64,000 nucleotides of DNA, taken from Candidatus Jordarchaeia archaeon. GTDB taxonomy: Archaea; Asgardarchaeota; Jordiarchaeia; Jordiarchaeales; Jordiarchaeaceae. The position numbers and the translations under genes are program-made. Location: positions 1 through 64,000 of the forward strand of contig JAHQXB010000143.1 in assembly GCA_029856435.1 (NCBI GenBank), written 5' to 3'. Positions 47,649-56,994 of the stretch are shown one piece after another (positions within the stretch are counted from its first letter, which is position 1; each line of letters opens with the position of its first letter). The notes under the pieces were generated by a model. The model searched no databases and was not told the origin of the DNA. It saw only the letters and a program-made list of their open reading frames with translations.

Positions 47649-48428
47649 TTATTTTATTATTTCATTGATTTCTTCCTTTATGTCCGCTGCAGCTTTTCGG
47701 GGATCCTCCGACTCGTATATTGAGCGCCCCACAATCGCATAGGTGGTGCCCGCTTTGAAAGCTTCACTGACAGCCCCTCCCTGGACGCCTATACCCGGAC
47801 TAAATATGGGAATTTTTCCTCCCACGATTCGATAAACTCTTTCAACCATTTTAGGCTGTGTTGCGCCAACCACAACTCCGTCAGCCCCCCAAGACTTGGC
47901 TCTCTCAGCAAAAACTTCGTATTGGAAGCTTATGGTTCCATCTTCACTTACTACTCTCTGGCCATAGCCCTCATTAGCGCCTGGATGAGACATGTACACT
48001 AAGAGGATAACGCCCTTCCCTGACTTCTTGGCCATACCAAAAACTGTTTCTAAGCCTCCTTTCCAGCCCACGAAGGGATTAGCAATTACAGCGTCAAAAC
48101 CAGCGTCGAAGAAGTGGCGCGAAGCCCACTCATTGGTATGCTCAACATCATTAAGTTTAAAATCTGCAATGAGCGGAAGACCGTAACCAGAAGCATCCCT
48201 AATCAATGATTGAAGACCGTCAAAAAGCCCCAAGGGAAGCAACAATTGAAAGTTCACCTTAACGCCTACAACGTGTTCACTAACCTCACTCAAAACCCAG
48301 CGCGCTTTCTTCAAAAGTTTCTTCTTAAAGTCTTTCTCTCCAACTGGCAAGGATAGGTCAAGGGCTAGAACAACACGACTCTCATTCTTCCTAGCACATT
48401 TTTCAAGCCTTTCCCTAAAAAGCGACAT
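47649..48428 (-). CDS. pyrF: Orotidine 5'-phosphate decarboxylase
   Basis: LALD, GVKVN, ADFKLNDVEHT, SPGIGVQGG, IVGRSI. Confidence 0.95.
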   Translation of the reverse strand: MSLFRERLEKCARKNESRVVLALDLSLPVGEKDFKKKLLKKARWVLSEVSEHVVGVKVNFQLLLPLGLFDGLQSLIRDASGYGLPLIADFKLNDVEHTNEWASRHFFDAGFDAVIANPFVGWKGGLETVFGMAKKSGKGVILLVYMSHPGANEGYGQRVVSEDGTISFQYEVFAERAKSWGADGVVVGATQPKMVERVYRIVGGKIPIFSPGIGVQGGAVSEAFKAGTTYAIVGRSIYESEDPRKAAADIKEEINEIIK

Positions 48429-48494
48429 AAAAAGCCACCAAAAAAAGGAAATTAAAACTAGTTAAAAAAAATATCCACCAAAAGGGACTAAAAA

Positions 48495-48983
48495 CTAGAG
48501 TAGTTCAAATATTATCTTAATCACATTGGGAACAGCAGCCCTTACCTCCGGGGAAAGGTCCATGCTAAATTCTTCATAGTTTTTGGGTTCCACCCCCACC
48601 AATACCAGTTCAGGGGGCAGTTTACCTAGCTCCTTACCAATCATGAGAGCGGATTGCAAGTCCAGCTCGTGCAAAGAAAAGAATTTAACTTTACCATTAA
48701 TCAACCTATCCTTCTCCACCACGTAAATTTCTCCGGGCGCGCCACCACCCAAAACAGCATCCACAATGATTACCTTATCTGCATCCTCCATTAGATTAAG
48801 AATCGAAATACCACCAGTACCACCATCTACAACCTCAACACCAGACGGTAAACTCATCTTCATTAACTTCTCAACTATATGCACCCCCACCCCTTCATCA
48901 CCGAGCAACAAGTTGCCTACACCAATGATTAGAATACGTTTTCCATCTCTAATTTTAGATACCTCCACCCATAAAGGATTCAC
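48495..48983 (-). CDS. Hydrogenase maturation protease
   Basis: GVGNLLLGDEGVGV, DGGTGG, IIVDA, SLHE. Confidence 0.93.
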   Translation of the reverse strand: MNPLWVEVSKIRDGKRILIIGVGNLLLGDEGVGVHIVEKLMKMSLPSGVEVVDGGTGGISILNLMEDADKVIIVDAVLGGGAPGEIYVVEKDRLINGKVKFFSLHELDLQSALMIGKELGKLPPELVLVGVEPKNYEEFSMDLSPEVRAAVPNVIKIIFELL

Positions 48984-49112
48984 CTCTGAATTAAAAGATT
49001 ACTATAGCATTTCGAGAAACTTTTGAAACATTTTGATTGTAAAGAAATACTCCTTTTTCCGAAAAGAAGCCATAAAAAAGGCAGATTTTAAACCGATTTT
49101 CATTCAAAAACT

Positions 49113-49273
49113 TGTGTTTAGCTGTTATGACCGAATAATGGGTATTGGTTTTCTAAACCTTGAAGGAAGACTTTGGCGAATGTTTCCCGCCCCGGAAAAG
49201 AAAATAAGGTACCCATCATTTCAGGGAAAGGAAGCATGTAACACCAGATCTGCTTCTAGGAGCTAAACACATA
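49113..49273. mobile_element. Probable decayed ~160-bp MITE
   Basis: 11-bp IR TGTGTTTAGCT/AGCTAAACACA; flanking 8-bp repeat CAAAAACT (49105-49112, 49274-49281); internal IR ATGGGTA/TACCCAT. Confidence 0.55.
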
Positions 49274-49962
49274 CAAAAACTTTTACAAGTATTATAGTAA
49301 ACACCATACGAAGTTTATAGAATTCAAAAAGGCATCGAATCAAATTCCATCGCTGAGGCTGTTTAACCCTATAATAAAACATTCATAAGCAGATAACCTC
49401 CTACAATTCAACCTAGAGGTTCAATCACCCACCATACTCGCCTTCAGCCACTAAAATTTTCTCAAACTGTGTGGGGCGTAAAAAGTTTTTATTGTGAGTT
49501 GCCTGCTGGTTGGTTTTGTTTTTTGGGGGCCCGGTTTCCTTTGTGTTTCTCTTTCCTTTGTTGTTCCTTCTTTTTCCAGAAAGGAGCCTTAATAAGGCTT
49601 ATTTCCATGGGGAACGGGAACCTCTTCTCTCTGGGGGGAATTGTTCCTCAGAAAAATCCCAAATTACGGAATGCACTAAGAAATTTTATGCCCACTGTGA
49701 GTTTTGATTTTAATTATTTTAGTTCTCTATTGGCTTATATTCATGGGAGGTATGTAAACGAATAGGAGATGACTGAGTGGGGTGGAAGTAGATTTTCTTT
49801 TTGCCCTTTTAGATATACTTATATACTGTTCTTAATCCCATACTTGATGGACTTTTAAAGCAAGTTTTCCGAGTATGGAATCGGAACCTTTTAATTAGTT
49901 TAACATCCTTTTTTAAATCATTGTTCTACCCAAATTAAAGATTTAGTTGAGGCTGAAAGTGA

Positions 49963-50727
49963 ATGAAATTTGCAATAGAGACTAAGGATTTGACCAAAAA
50001 ATTTGGTGAAATAGTTGCGGTGAACAGAATAAACTTGAAGGTAAAAAATGGGGAAACATTCGGAATACTAGGACCTAACGGTGCTGGTAAAACAACCACT
50101 GTTCGTATGCTAAACTGCATACTTCGACCAACAGAAGGCACAGCCACAGTTGGGGGCTTCGACATAATTAAGGAGCCAGACAAGGTGAAAAGAATCACCG
50201 GACTGCTTCCGGAGTCCCCTGGAGTGTACGAGAAGCTAACCGCAAGAGAGTTTCTGGAATTTATGGGAGACCTATATGATGTCCCACACAGCAAACTCTA
50301 CAATCGCATAGACGAAATCCTTGAACTCTTTGAGCTTAAGAATCGGGAAAACGATCTACTTGAAGGCTTCAGCAGAGGTATGAGACAAAAAGTACTACTG
50401 GCAGCCACCCTAATCACTGATCCCGAAATAATCTTCCTTGACGAGCCTATCTCCGGGCTCGACCCCGCTTCTGCGCGTATGGTTAAGGATATGATTAAGC
50501 TTTTGGTGTCTGAGGCGAAAAAAACTTTCTTCATATGTACACATATGCTCCCTTTTGCTGAAGAGATGTGTGAGAGGATTGCGATTATTGACCGTGGCCA
50601 GATAAAGATAGAGGGTACTTTGGAGGAGATTCTTAGAGAGAGTAAAGCAAAGGATTTGGAGAAGGCCTATCTTAAAATTGTAGGCAAGGAAGCCGTAGAA
50701 AAGACTCTCTTGGAGTGGAGAACTTAG
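49963..50727 (+). CDS. ABC transporter ATP-binding protein
   Basis: GPNGAGKTT, FSRGM, LDEP, TH. Confidence 0.95.
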   Translation: MKFAIETKDLTKKFGEIVAVNRINLKVKNGETFGILGPNGAGKTTTVRMLNCILRPTEGTATVGGFDIIKEPDKVKRITGLLPESPGVYEKLTAREFLEFMGDLYDVPHSKLYNRIDEILELFELKNRENDLLEGFSRGMRQKVLLAATLITDPEIIFLDEPISGLDPASARMVKDMIKLLVSEAKKTFFICTHMLPFAEEMCERIAIIDRGQIKIEGTLEEILRESKAKDLEKAYLKIVGKEAVEKTLLEWRT

Positions 50728-52547
50728 AATGGGTGTGGAGGGGTATGTGGGCCTGGTATGCTGTTGCTAAGAACGAGTTTCGACTCATGACTTCTTGGGC
50801 TCGAAAATCTAGAAGAGCAATTCTCGTGATTCTGGTCACCTTGCCCATTCTAGCCTTTAGTATAAGTATTTTTTTGGGAGTAAGAATACACTCTGAAACT
50901 ATTTTTACGAATCTGGTGGAAGACTACCTTAGAGCTGTTTATAGTTATGTTGGGGAGTTTAAGTTCGCTTTGGGTGTGGTTGACTATGCTCTTCTAGTGG
51001 GTCAATTTGTGGGAATACTGGGGTTTATGATGCCCATTATGGGGGCTGTAGGTAGCGTCTTTAGGGAAACAGAGATTTTGAGCAAGGATATTATTTTGGC
51101 TAGCCCGCTGCGTTCCAGAGACTTGTTGTTAGGTAGATTTGTGGCGAACCTGTTTATCCTACCCTTGGTTCTCACATTTATTGCTGTTATGTTCCTCCCG
51201 GTTTTGATTGAGCATGGCTTGAACAGTTTGGCTACGCCTTTTATTTTGGTCTTTGTGTCTATGATTCCCACGATTGTAGGTATTTGGGTTGGGATCATGC
51301 TTTCATCTTATATAAAGACGAAGAGTGACGTTTCTCCCCGGATGAGGGACATTGGAAAGGCTGTAGTGGGCATGGTTGGAGCATTGTTTGGTGTGTCTTT
51401 TTTGCTGCTATTCTCTGGCCAGTCTTCTGCGCTTTATTGGACTTTTTCACCGACAACTTGGGTGACTAACATAGTATTCGTTGCAGTGACTGGCACCAAC
51501 TGGGTTAAAATAACAACTACTTTGGGAATTTACTCCTATTCCTATTATCTGCCCCTGCAGCCTGACCCGTCCACCAGTTTGGCGTTGCTCTTATTGTTTG
51601 TTGCTCTTGTTTTCTATCTTGGTTTGAGGGTTATTGATAGGGTTTACAGGATAGAGATTTCGGTTAGTGAGGTTGTCACAATCAAGAAGGAAAATTGGTT
51701 TTTTAGAGCGGTGAGGCGGGTGATACCTTCACCGCTGGGCGCAATTACTGCCGTTCAGTTAAAAGAATTTTCAAGAAGCTTAGAGAGCATAACCCGGATG
51801 TCGAGCATACTGATTTTTCCAGTGATTATTTACTTCTTGAACTTTATGGGTTTTAACCAGTTATTTCTGCCAACCACTAGTTTGAGTGGGCTTTTTATTA
51901 TGCCCGGCTTATCCACATTGTATCTGCTCTTGGCCGCTGGAATAATAGGGATAATGGAAGCAAGCCAGATGACTGTTAAGCAAAGGGACTTATTCTGGAC
52001 ATATAAGAAGGCACCTAGGGGAGTGGAAAATCTGGTTTACTCCAAATTTTTGGCAATGATAATTGTTGGATTGCCCATAGGTTTAATCATGGCGGTACTT
52101 TTTCATTTAGCCTTGGGCTCACTTAGCTCCGGAATACTAGTACTGGTTCCCGCAATGCTTTTTATGATTGTTATAAGCTCCGCTATTGCTTTGGGAATAT
52201 ACAGTGCGCGTCCTGTTTTCAAAGAGCAGAGCGCTGGGCACCTTGTAAACTTTGTAATATTCATGTTTATTGCCTTCACCATTGAGGGAATAATGATTCT
52301 TTTTGGCATCTTCCCCTGGATACAAAACATCCTATTGGCACTGCCAACTCTGGGCATTATGTTAAGTCTCCCTCCTCAAGCCTCAACTTGGCTGTTCCAA
52401 ACTCCATTATACATAGTAACTTGGGCGCAGATCGGCGTAAACTGGCTGTTTTCAATCGTTGGAGCAACTGTAGCCGCATCTCTTGGAATATTAGCCTCCT
52501 ACCTTTCCCTACGCATTGGGATATCCAGGCTCAAAAAATTCGAGTAA
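50715..52547 (+). CDS. ABC-2 type permease (double-domain)
   Basis: About 14 TM, two permease-like halves, overlaps the ATPase stop. Confidence 0.85.
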   Translation: MENLEWVWRGMWAWYAVAKNEFRLMTSWARKSRRAILVILVTLPILAFSISIFLGVRIHSETIFTNLVEDYLRAVYSYVGEFKFALGVVDYALLVGQFVGILGFMMPIMGAVGSVFRETEILSKDIILASPLRSRDLLLGRFVANLFILPLVLTFIAVMFLPVLIEHGLNSLATPFILVFVSMIPTIVGIWVGIMLSSYIKTKSDVSPRMRDIGKAVVGMVGALFGVSFLLLFSGQSSALYWTFSPTTWVTNIVFVAVTGTNWVKITTTLGIYSYSYYLPLQPDPSTSLALLLLFVALVFYLGLRVIDRVYRIEISVSEVVTIKKENWFFRAVRRVIPSPLGAITAVQLKEFSRSLESITRMSSILIFPVIIYFLNFMGFNQLFLPTTSLSGLFIMPGLSTLYLLLAAGIIGIMEASQMTVKQRDLFWTYKKAPRGVENLVYSKFLAMIIVGLPIGLIMAVLFHLALGSLSSGILVLVPAMLFMIVISSAIALGIYSARPVFKEQSAGHLVNFVIFMFIAFTIEGIMILFGIFPWIQNILLALPTLGIMLSLPPQASTWLFQTPLYIVTWAQIGVNWLFSIVGATVAASLGILASYLSLRIGISRLKKFE

Positions 52548-52678
52548 AAATCACTTTTCGGCTAAAAATTGAGACGTAGAGCAGGTTGGAAAAGACGCAC
52601 CCTAACAGATGGGAGCACGAACATCGACAGAAATCTTCCGCTGAAACAAATAAGAGTGAAACATTGTAGGGATTTTTG

Positions 52679-53848
52679 TCAGTCGCTGAAACAGTAATGG
52701 ACTTTTGTGAATTGTGATTTTAGTTTTACAGCTTCTTTCTTGATGTCTTCTCTTTTCTCTCCTTTGACTGCTCTGAGGATTAACTCGCAAATTTTTTCCA
52801 TTTCCTCTTCTTTCATACCTATTCTGGTAATTTCGTTGGTACCTATTCTTCCAGCCCTATCCATTATAACATTCGCTTGCTCCAATTTGTTAACTACGTC
52901 CACCCAGGACTTTTCAAATTTGACTTGAAAATCCCAAGTATTTACCAGAATCTGGTGAGACTCTGTAAATCCCTTGCTTTTACACTTGAGGGGGACTCCC
53001 GCCTCATCCAGCAGGATGGCTAATTTTTTGGAATTCTTAACTATTTGACTCGCATACGCCTCTCCAAATTTTTGCATCTCCTCTAAGGTAACTGCCAATG
53101 CGGCTATTCTGTGTAAATGAGCATTATCAATGGTTTTGAACAAGAGATGCTCCTTGATCTCCTCGAAACTGTTACCCAGAATTATTCCTCCCTGTGGTCC
53201 GGGAAGAGTTTTATGTGTGCTCCCTGTTATGATGTCCGCCCCCTCAACTAGTGGTTGCTGAAACTTTTTGCCCGCTATTAAACCCATAACATGTGAGGCG
53301 TCGTAAGCGAGTAAAGCTCCAATCTTGTGTGCAGCAACACTTATTTCGGAAACAGGGTAGGGCATGGGAATGAAGCTTGCACCCAGAATAACTAGGTTGG
53401 GCTTCTTCTCCTCAATCAATTTGATGCTTCCCTCGAGATCAATGTTGGCTTCCTCCTGTTTGTAAGGCAGATAGTGGACTTTGATTCCTAATAGACTTGG
53501 AGCGTTATCTTTAGAGATGCCCGGATACCCCCCATCTGCTTCTCCTATGCAAGCCATATTCTTCCCCCTAAATGCCATAAGTAGGGACAAATCTGCTACG
53601 TGTCCCGAGATGGGGCGTAGGTCTGCGAATTTGCATCTGAAAACCTTTTTTGCGAGTTTTTCTCCCTCCTCAATTATTTGGTCAATGTACTTGGTTCCCG
53701 TGTAAAATTTGTCGGGGGAAGTATACCTGTGCCCTAGGTCGGAGCTGAGCATCGCCCGGGCTCTTGGGCTCATAATGTTTTCTGAGGGTATCAGGTTTAT
53801 GCAGTGGGAACGCCACTCCTCATGCTTTTTAACTAAATTCTCGATCAT
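52679..53848 (-). CDS. glyA: Serine hydroxymethyltransferase
   Basis: LIPSEN, YDASH..GLIAG, STHKTLPGPQGG, RIGT. Confidence 0.95.
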   Translation of the reverse strand: MIENLVKKHEEWRSHCINLIPSENIMSPRARAMLSSDLGHRYTSPDKFYTGTKYIDQIIEEGEKLAKKVFRCKFADLRPISGHVADLSLLMAFRGKNMACIGEADGGYPGISKDNAPSLLGIKVHYLPYKQEEANIDLEGSIKLIEEKKPNLVILGASFIPMPYPVSEISVAAHKIGALLAYDASHVMGLIAGKKFQQPLVEGADIITGSTHKTLPGPQGGIILGNSFEEIKEHLLFKTIDNAHLHRIAALAVTLEEMQKFGEAYASQIVKNSKKLAILLDEAGVPLKCKSKGFTESHQILVNTWDFQVKFEKSWVDVVNKLEQANVIMDRAGRIGTNEITRIGMKEEEMEKICELILRAVKGEKREDIKKEAVKLKSQFTKVHYCFSD

Positions 53849-54044
53849 AGATATCACGAAAAACAAATTTGTTTAGAATAAATTCTTACCTCTGTCTTTT
53901 AATTTTTCTCATTTGAAATTCCCCTATTTGGGAAGCGGTCTCACTTTTCTGCGTTATGAATTTTGGTGCATAACGATTATTTATATCTGAATTTATACCC
54001 TTATTTATGCGCCAGTTTCTAAAAAATTTGGGAGGATATATTTT

Positions 54045-55844
54045 ATGTCACAATATAAGGCAACAATGCTAAGAGTAAACCTCGAAACTGGGGACATTAA
54101 AAAATCAACAATACCTGACGATTTAACAAGAAAATACCTCGGTGGAAGAGGCATCGGAGCAAAAATACTATACGATGAGGTTGACCCTACCATCGACCCC
54201 CTAAGTCCAAAAAACAAACTCATTTTTGCCGCAGGACCATTAACAGGAACAGCGGCACCCACCGGCGGGCGATACGAAGTATCTTGCAAGTCTCCCTTAA
54301 CGGGAACAATTACCGGAGCCAACTCTGGAGGAGAGTGGGCAGCCTATCTTAGAAGGGCAGGGGTGGATGTCATAGTTTTCGAAAACAAGGCCAAGAAACC
54401 AGTTTACCTTCAGATAACTGATGACAAATATGAGTTAAAATCGGCAGAAAAACTATGGGGAAAAGATACACATACAACCACTGATATGCTACAAAAAGAG
54501 CTTGGGAAGGACTATAGGGTTGCCTGCATAGGACCTGCGGGAGAAAAACTCTCCCGAATCGCATGTGTCATAAATGACAAGCACCGAGCGGCAGGAAGAG
54601 GCGGAACAGGCGCAGTCATGGGAAGCAAAAATTTGAAGGCGATAGCAGTAAAAGGAACCAAAAAAATTGAGCCAGTAAATAAGGAGGCTTTTAAGAAGGC
54701 TCATGATACTGCCCTAAAAATGATAAAAGAGCATTCAGTAACTGGACAAGGTTTACCTACCTATGGCACAGCCATACTGGTAAACATAATAAATGAGAAC
54801 GGGATTTTCCCAACGAGGAACTTCCAGACTGGGGTCTTCCCCGAAGCAGATAAAATAAGCGGAGAAACCATGGAGAAAACCATACTCACAAAAAGAGCTG
54901 CCTGTTTTGCGTGCCCCATTGGTTGCGGGAGAGTAACAGAGATAAAATCTGGAAAATACAAATCCGCTGGAGAGGGTCCAGAGTACGAAACTGTCTGGGC
55001 CTACGGCGCACAGTGTGGAGTGGGAGATCTTGCTCCAATATCCAAGGCTAACTATCTCTGCAATGAGCTGGGTCTTGACACCATCTCCATGGGAAGCACC
55101 ATAGGATGCGCCATGGAGCTATACCAGAGAGGCAAACTCAAAAAGGATAAGATTGGCAGAGAGCTAAATTGGGGCGACGGAGACGCCATAGTAGAACTGA
55201 CGGAAAAGGCTGGAAAAAGAGAAGGGTTCGGGAATGATTTAGCCGAGGGCTCACTAAGACTGGCTGAAAAGTATGGAGCACCAGAGCTCTCCATGAGTTC
55301 CAAGGGTCAAGAACTCCCCGCATATGATCCACGTGGAGCTAAAGGACACGGATTGCATTATGCTACCTGCACAAGCGGCGGAAACCACGTTCGTGGCTAC
55401 ATGATTTCACCCGAAATCCTTGGAATACCCGAAAAACTGGACCGCTTTGCAACGGAAGGAAAGGAAGTCTGGGTTAAAAACTTCCAAGACCTAACAGCTG
55501 TCATTGACTCTATTGGAATGTGTCTGTTTACATCCTTCGCTATTGGAGCTCCCGAATATACTGCCCTACTTGCAGCAGCAACGGGCATCAATTTCACCGT
55601 AGAAGAGGTAATGAAGATAGGCGAGCGCATCTGGAACGTTGAGAGACTTTTCAACATCAAGGCAGGATTTACCGCTGAAGACGACACTCTACCCAAAAGA
55701 CTGCTTAAAGAGCCTATGCCTGAGGGGCCAGCTAAGGGTCACGTTGTAGAACTCGATAAAATGCTTCCAAAGTACTATAAGGTAAGAGGATGGGATGAAA
55801 ACGGCGTCCCAACAAAGGAGAAAATAAAGGAGCTAGGAATCTAA
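54045..55844 (+). CDS. aor: Aldehyde ferredoxin oxidoreductase (tungstopterin family)
   Basis: GGRG, RAAGRGGTGAVMGSKNLKA, CFACPIGCG, GPEYE, GLDTIS, DSIGMC. Confidence 0.95.
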   Translation: MSQYKATMLRVNLETGDIKKSTIPDDLTRKYLGGRGIGAKILYDEVDPTIDPLSPKNKLIFAAGPLTGTAAPTGGRYEVSCKSPLTGTITGANSGGEWAAYLRRAGVDVIVFENKAKKPVYLQITDDKYELKSAEKLWGKDTHTTTDMLQKELGKDYRVACIGPAGEKLSRIACVINDKHRAAGRGGTGAVMGSKNLKAIAVKGTKKIEPVNKEAFKKAHDTALKMIKEHSVTGQGLPTYGTAILVNIINENGIFPTRNFQTGVFPEADKISGETMEKTILTKRAACFACPIGCGRVTEIKSGKYKSAGEGPEYETVWAYGAQCGVGDLAPISKANYLCNELGLDTISMGSTIGCAMELYQRGKLKKDKIGRELNWGDGDAIVELTEKAGKREGFGNDLAEGSLRLAEKYGAPELSMSSKGQELPAYDPRGAKGHGLHYATCTSGGNHVRGYMISPEILGIPEKLDRFATEGKEVWVKNFQDLTAVIDSIGMCLFTSFAIGAPEYTALLAAATGINFTVEEVMKIGERIWNVERLFNIKAGFTAEDDTLPKRLLKEPMPEGPAKGHVVELDKMLPKYYKVRGWDENGVPTKEKIKELGI

Positions 55845-55941
55845 ACTCTTCTCCCCCCTTTATTTTTATTCTATGAAAAACTCAATTTTCACTTTTTGTT
55901 AGAAACACGCCTGCGTAAGATGTTTATTTTGTGGTGTTTTT

Positions 55942-56280
55942 ATGAGGTTAGAGAAGGAGTACCGCTACATTTATGGTGTGTGGTTATATGTTGAAATGAT
56001 TCTAAATGAGCTTGGAGCTAAGATTGAATCTTTTAATGAGGTGGGCTCTGATAAAAGTAAATTGGTTAAAACATATGAGGCGGAGCTTCAAGATGTCCTA
56101 ATAAGGGCCGAGGTTGTCTACGAGAGGAAGCATTTTCCTCCATTCCCTAAGCATTTTGACAAGCTTGCCATAACTACGGTCACAATTGATGTTAACTCTG
56201 AGAATCCCGAGAGAGAGAAGAAAACATTTGACTACATCTCCGCTCGGCTCAAACTCTACACTATGAGAGCAGCGGGCTAA
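55942..56280 (+). CDS. MoaD-related archaeal C-terminal domain protein (DUF1952-like)
   Basis: Position after aor; ends MRAAG, like the MRAGG end of this family as recalled. Confidence 0.55.
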   Translation: MRLEKEYRYIYGVWLYVEMILNELGAKIESFNEVGSDKSKLVKTYEAELQDVLIRAEVVYERKHFPPFPKHFDKLAITTVTIDVNSENPEREKKTFDYISARLKLYTMRAAG

Positions 56281-56397
56281 ACATTCACCCTTTATCCATT
56301 TGCCACAGACGGATGAAAAACGCTTATTTTTCCTTCTTTGGATATTTTTTAGTGTTAAACAAAAATATTACCTAGGTTTGTAAGTAATTGGAAGTGG

Positions 56398-56703
56398 GTG
56401 GAACCGATTTTGAAGGTAAAGTTTTTTGCTAACCTAAGAAACATAACCGGGGTCAAGGAGATCGAGGTAGAGGGAGTTGAAAATGTTGGGCTGCTCCTTG
56501 AGAAGCTGGTGGAAATTTATGGAGATGCGTTCAGGGAAGCTGTTTTTGATGATGGAAAAATAAGAAGGTTCTACAAAATTCTGCATAATGGGCACGATAT
56601 AGATTTTGAGCAAGGACTTGAAACTAAGCTCAAAAGTGACGACGTTATAGCCATTTTTCCCCCAGCAGGAGGGGGGTGTTTAAACTGCTTCTATTTAGAA
56701 TAA
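56398..56703 (+). CDS. moaD: MoaD/SAMP ubiquitin-like protein with GG motif masked by an insertion-derived tail
   Basis: VKFFANLR, NG.DI, D.IAIFPPAGGG followed by CLNCFYLE derived from the repeat element. Confidence 0.88.
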   Translation: MEPILKVKFFANLRNITGVKEIEVEGVENVGLLLEKLVEIYGDAFREAVFDDGKIRRFYKILHNGHDIDFEQGLETKLKSDDVIAIFPPAGGGCLNCFYLE

Positions 56704-56975
56704 AATTTGTTAACTTGAGAAACTTTAGCATTAAAGAAAAACATTAATCTATTATTCCTTAAAAACAACCACACATACACATGTGCCGCTTAGCCGATTC
56801 CAGCCAAGCCCAGAATGCGGAGTTAGTTCGAAAAAGCCCAAAGAGGGCAGGGCCCCAACTGAGAACATTCCCCACCGAAAGCAGGAGGGATGTGCCTTCT
56901 TCAACCGTTCCCCGGGGCGAACCTGTCTCCCCATGAAACCGGGGAGGAAGACCCAAAGAACGGATGGACTAGAGG
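56676..56975 (+). mobile_element. ~300-bp GG-bounded structured repeat element, copy 2
   Basis: Homologous to 37765-38233. GG at 56674-75 and 56974-75; excision restores GGC-TAA. Confidence 0.75.
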
Positions 56976-56994
56976 CTAATTCCCTTTTTTTGGT

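Noticed and set aside
36585-48983. Selenoprotein read-through in FrhB-like or hydrogenase-related genes
   Set aside because: These ORFs appear complete, with no in-frame TGA needing recoding and no SECIS-like element recognised.
56660-56990. Bulge-helix-bulge intron at the moaD insertion junctions
   Set aside because: Exon-exon pairing is possible only in a register that does not place 3-nt bulges at the restoring splice sites.
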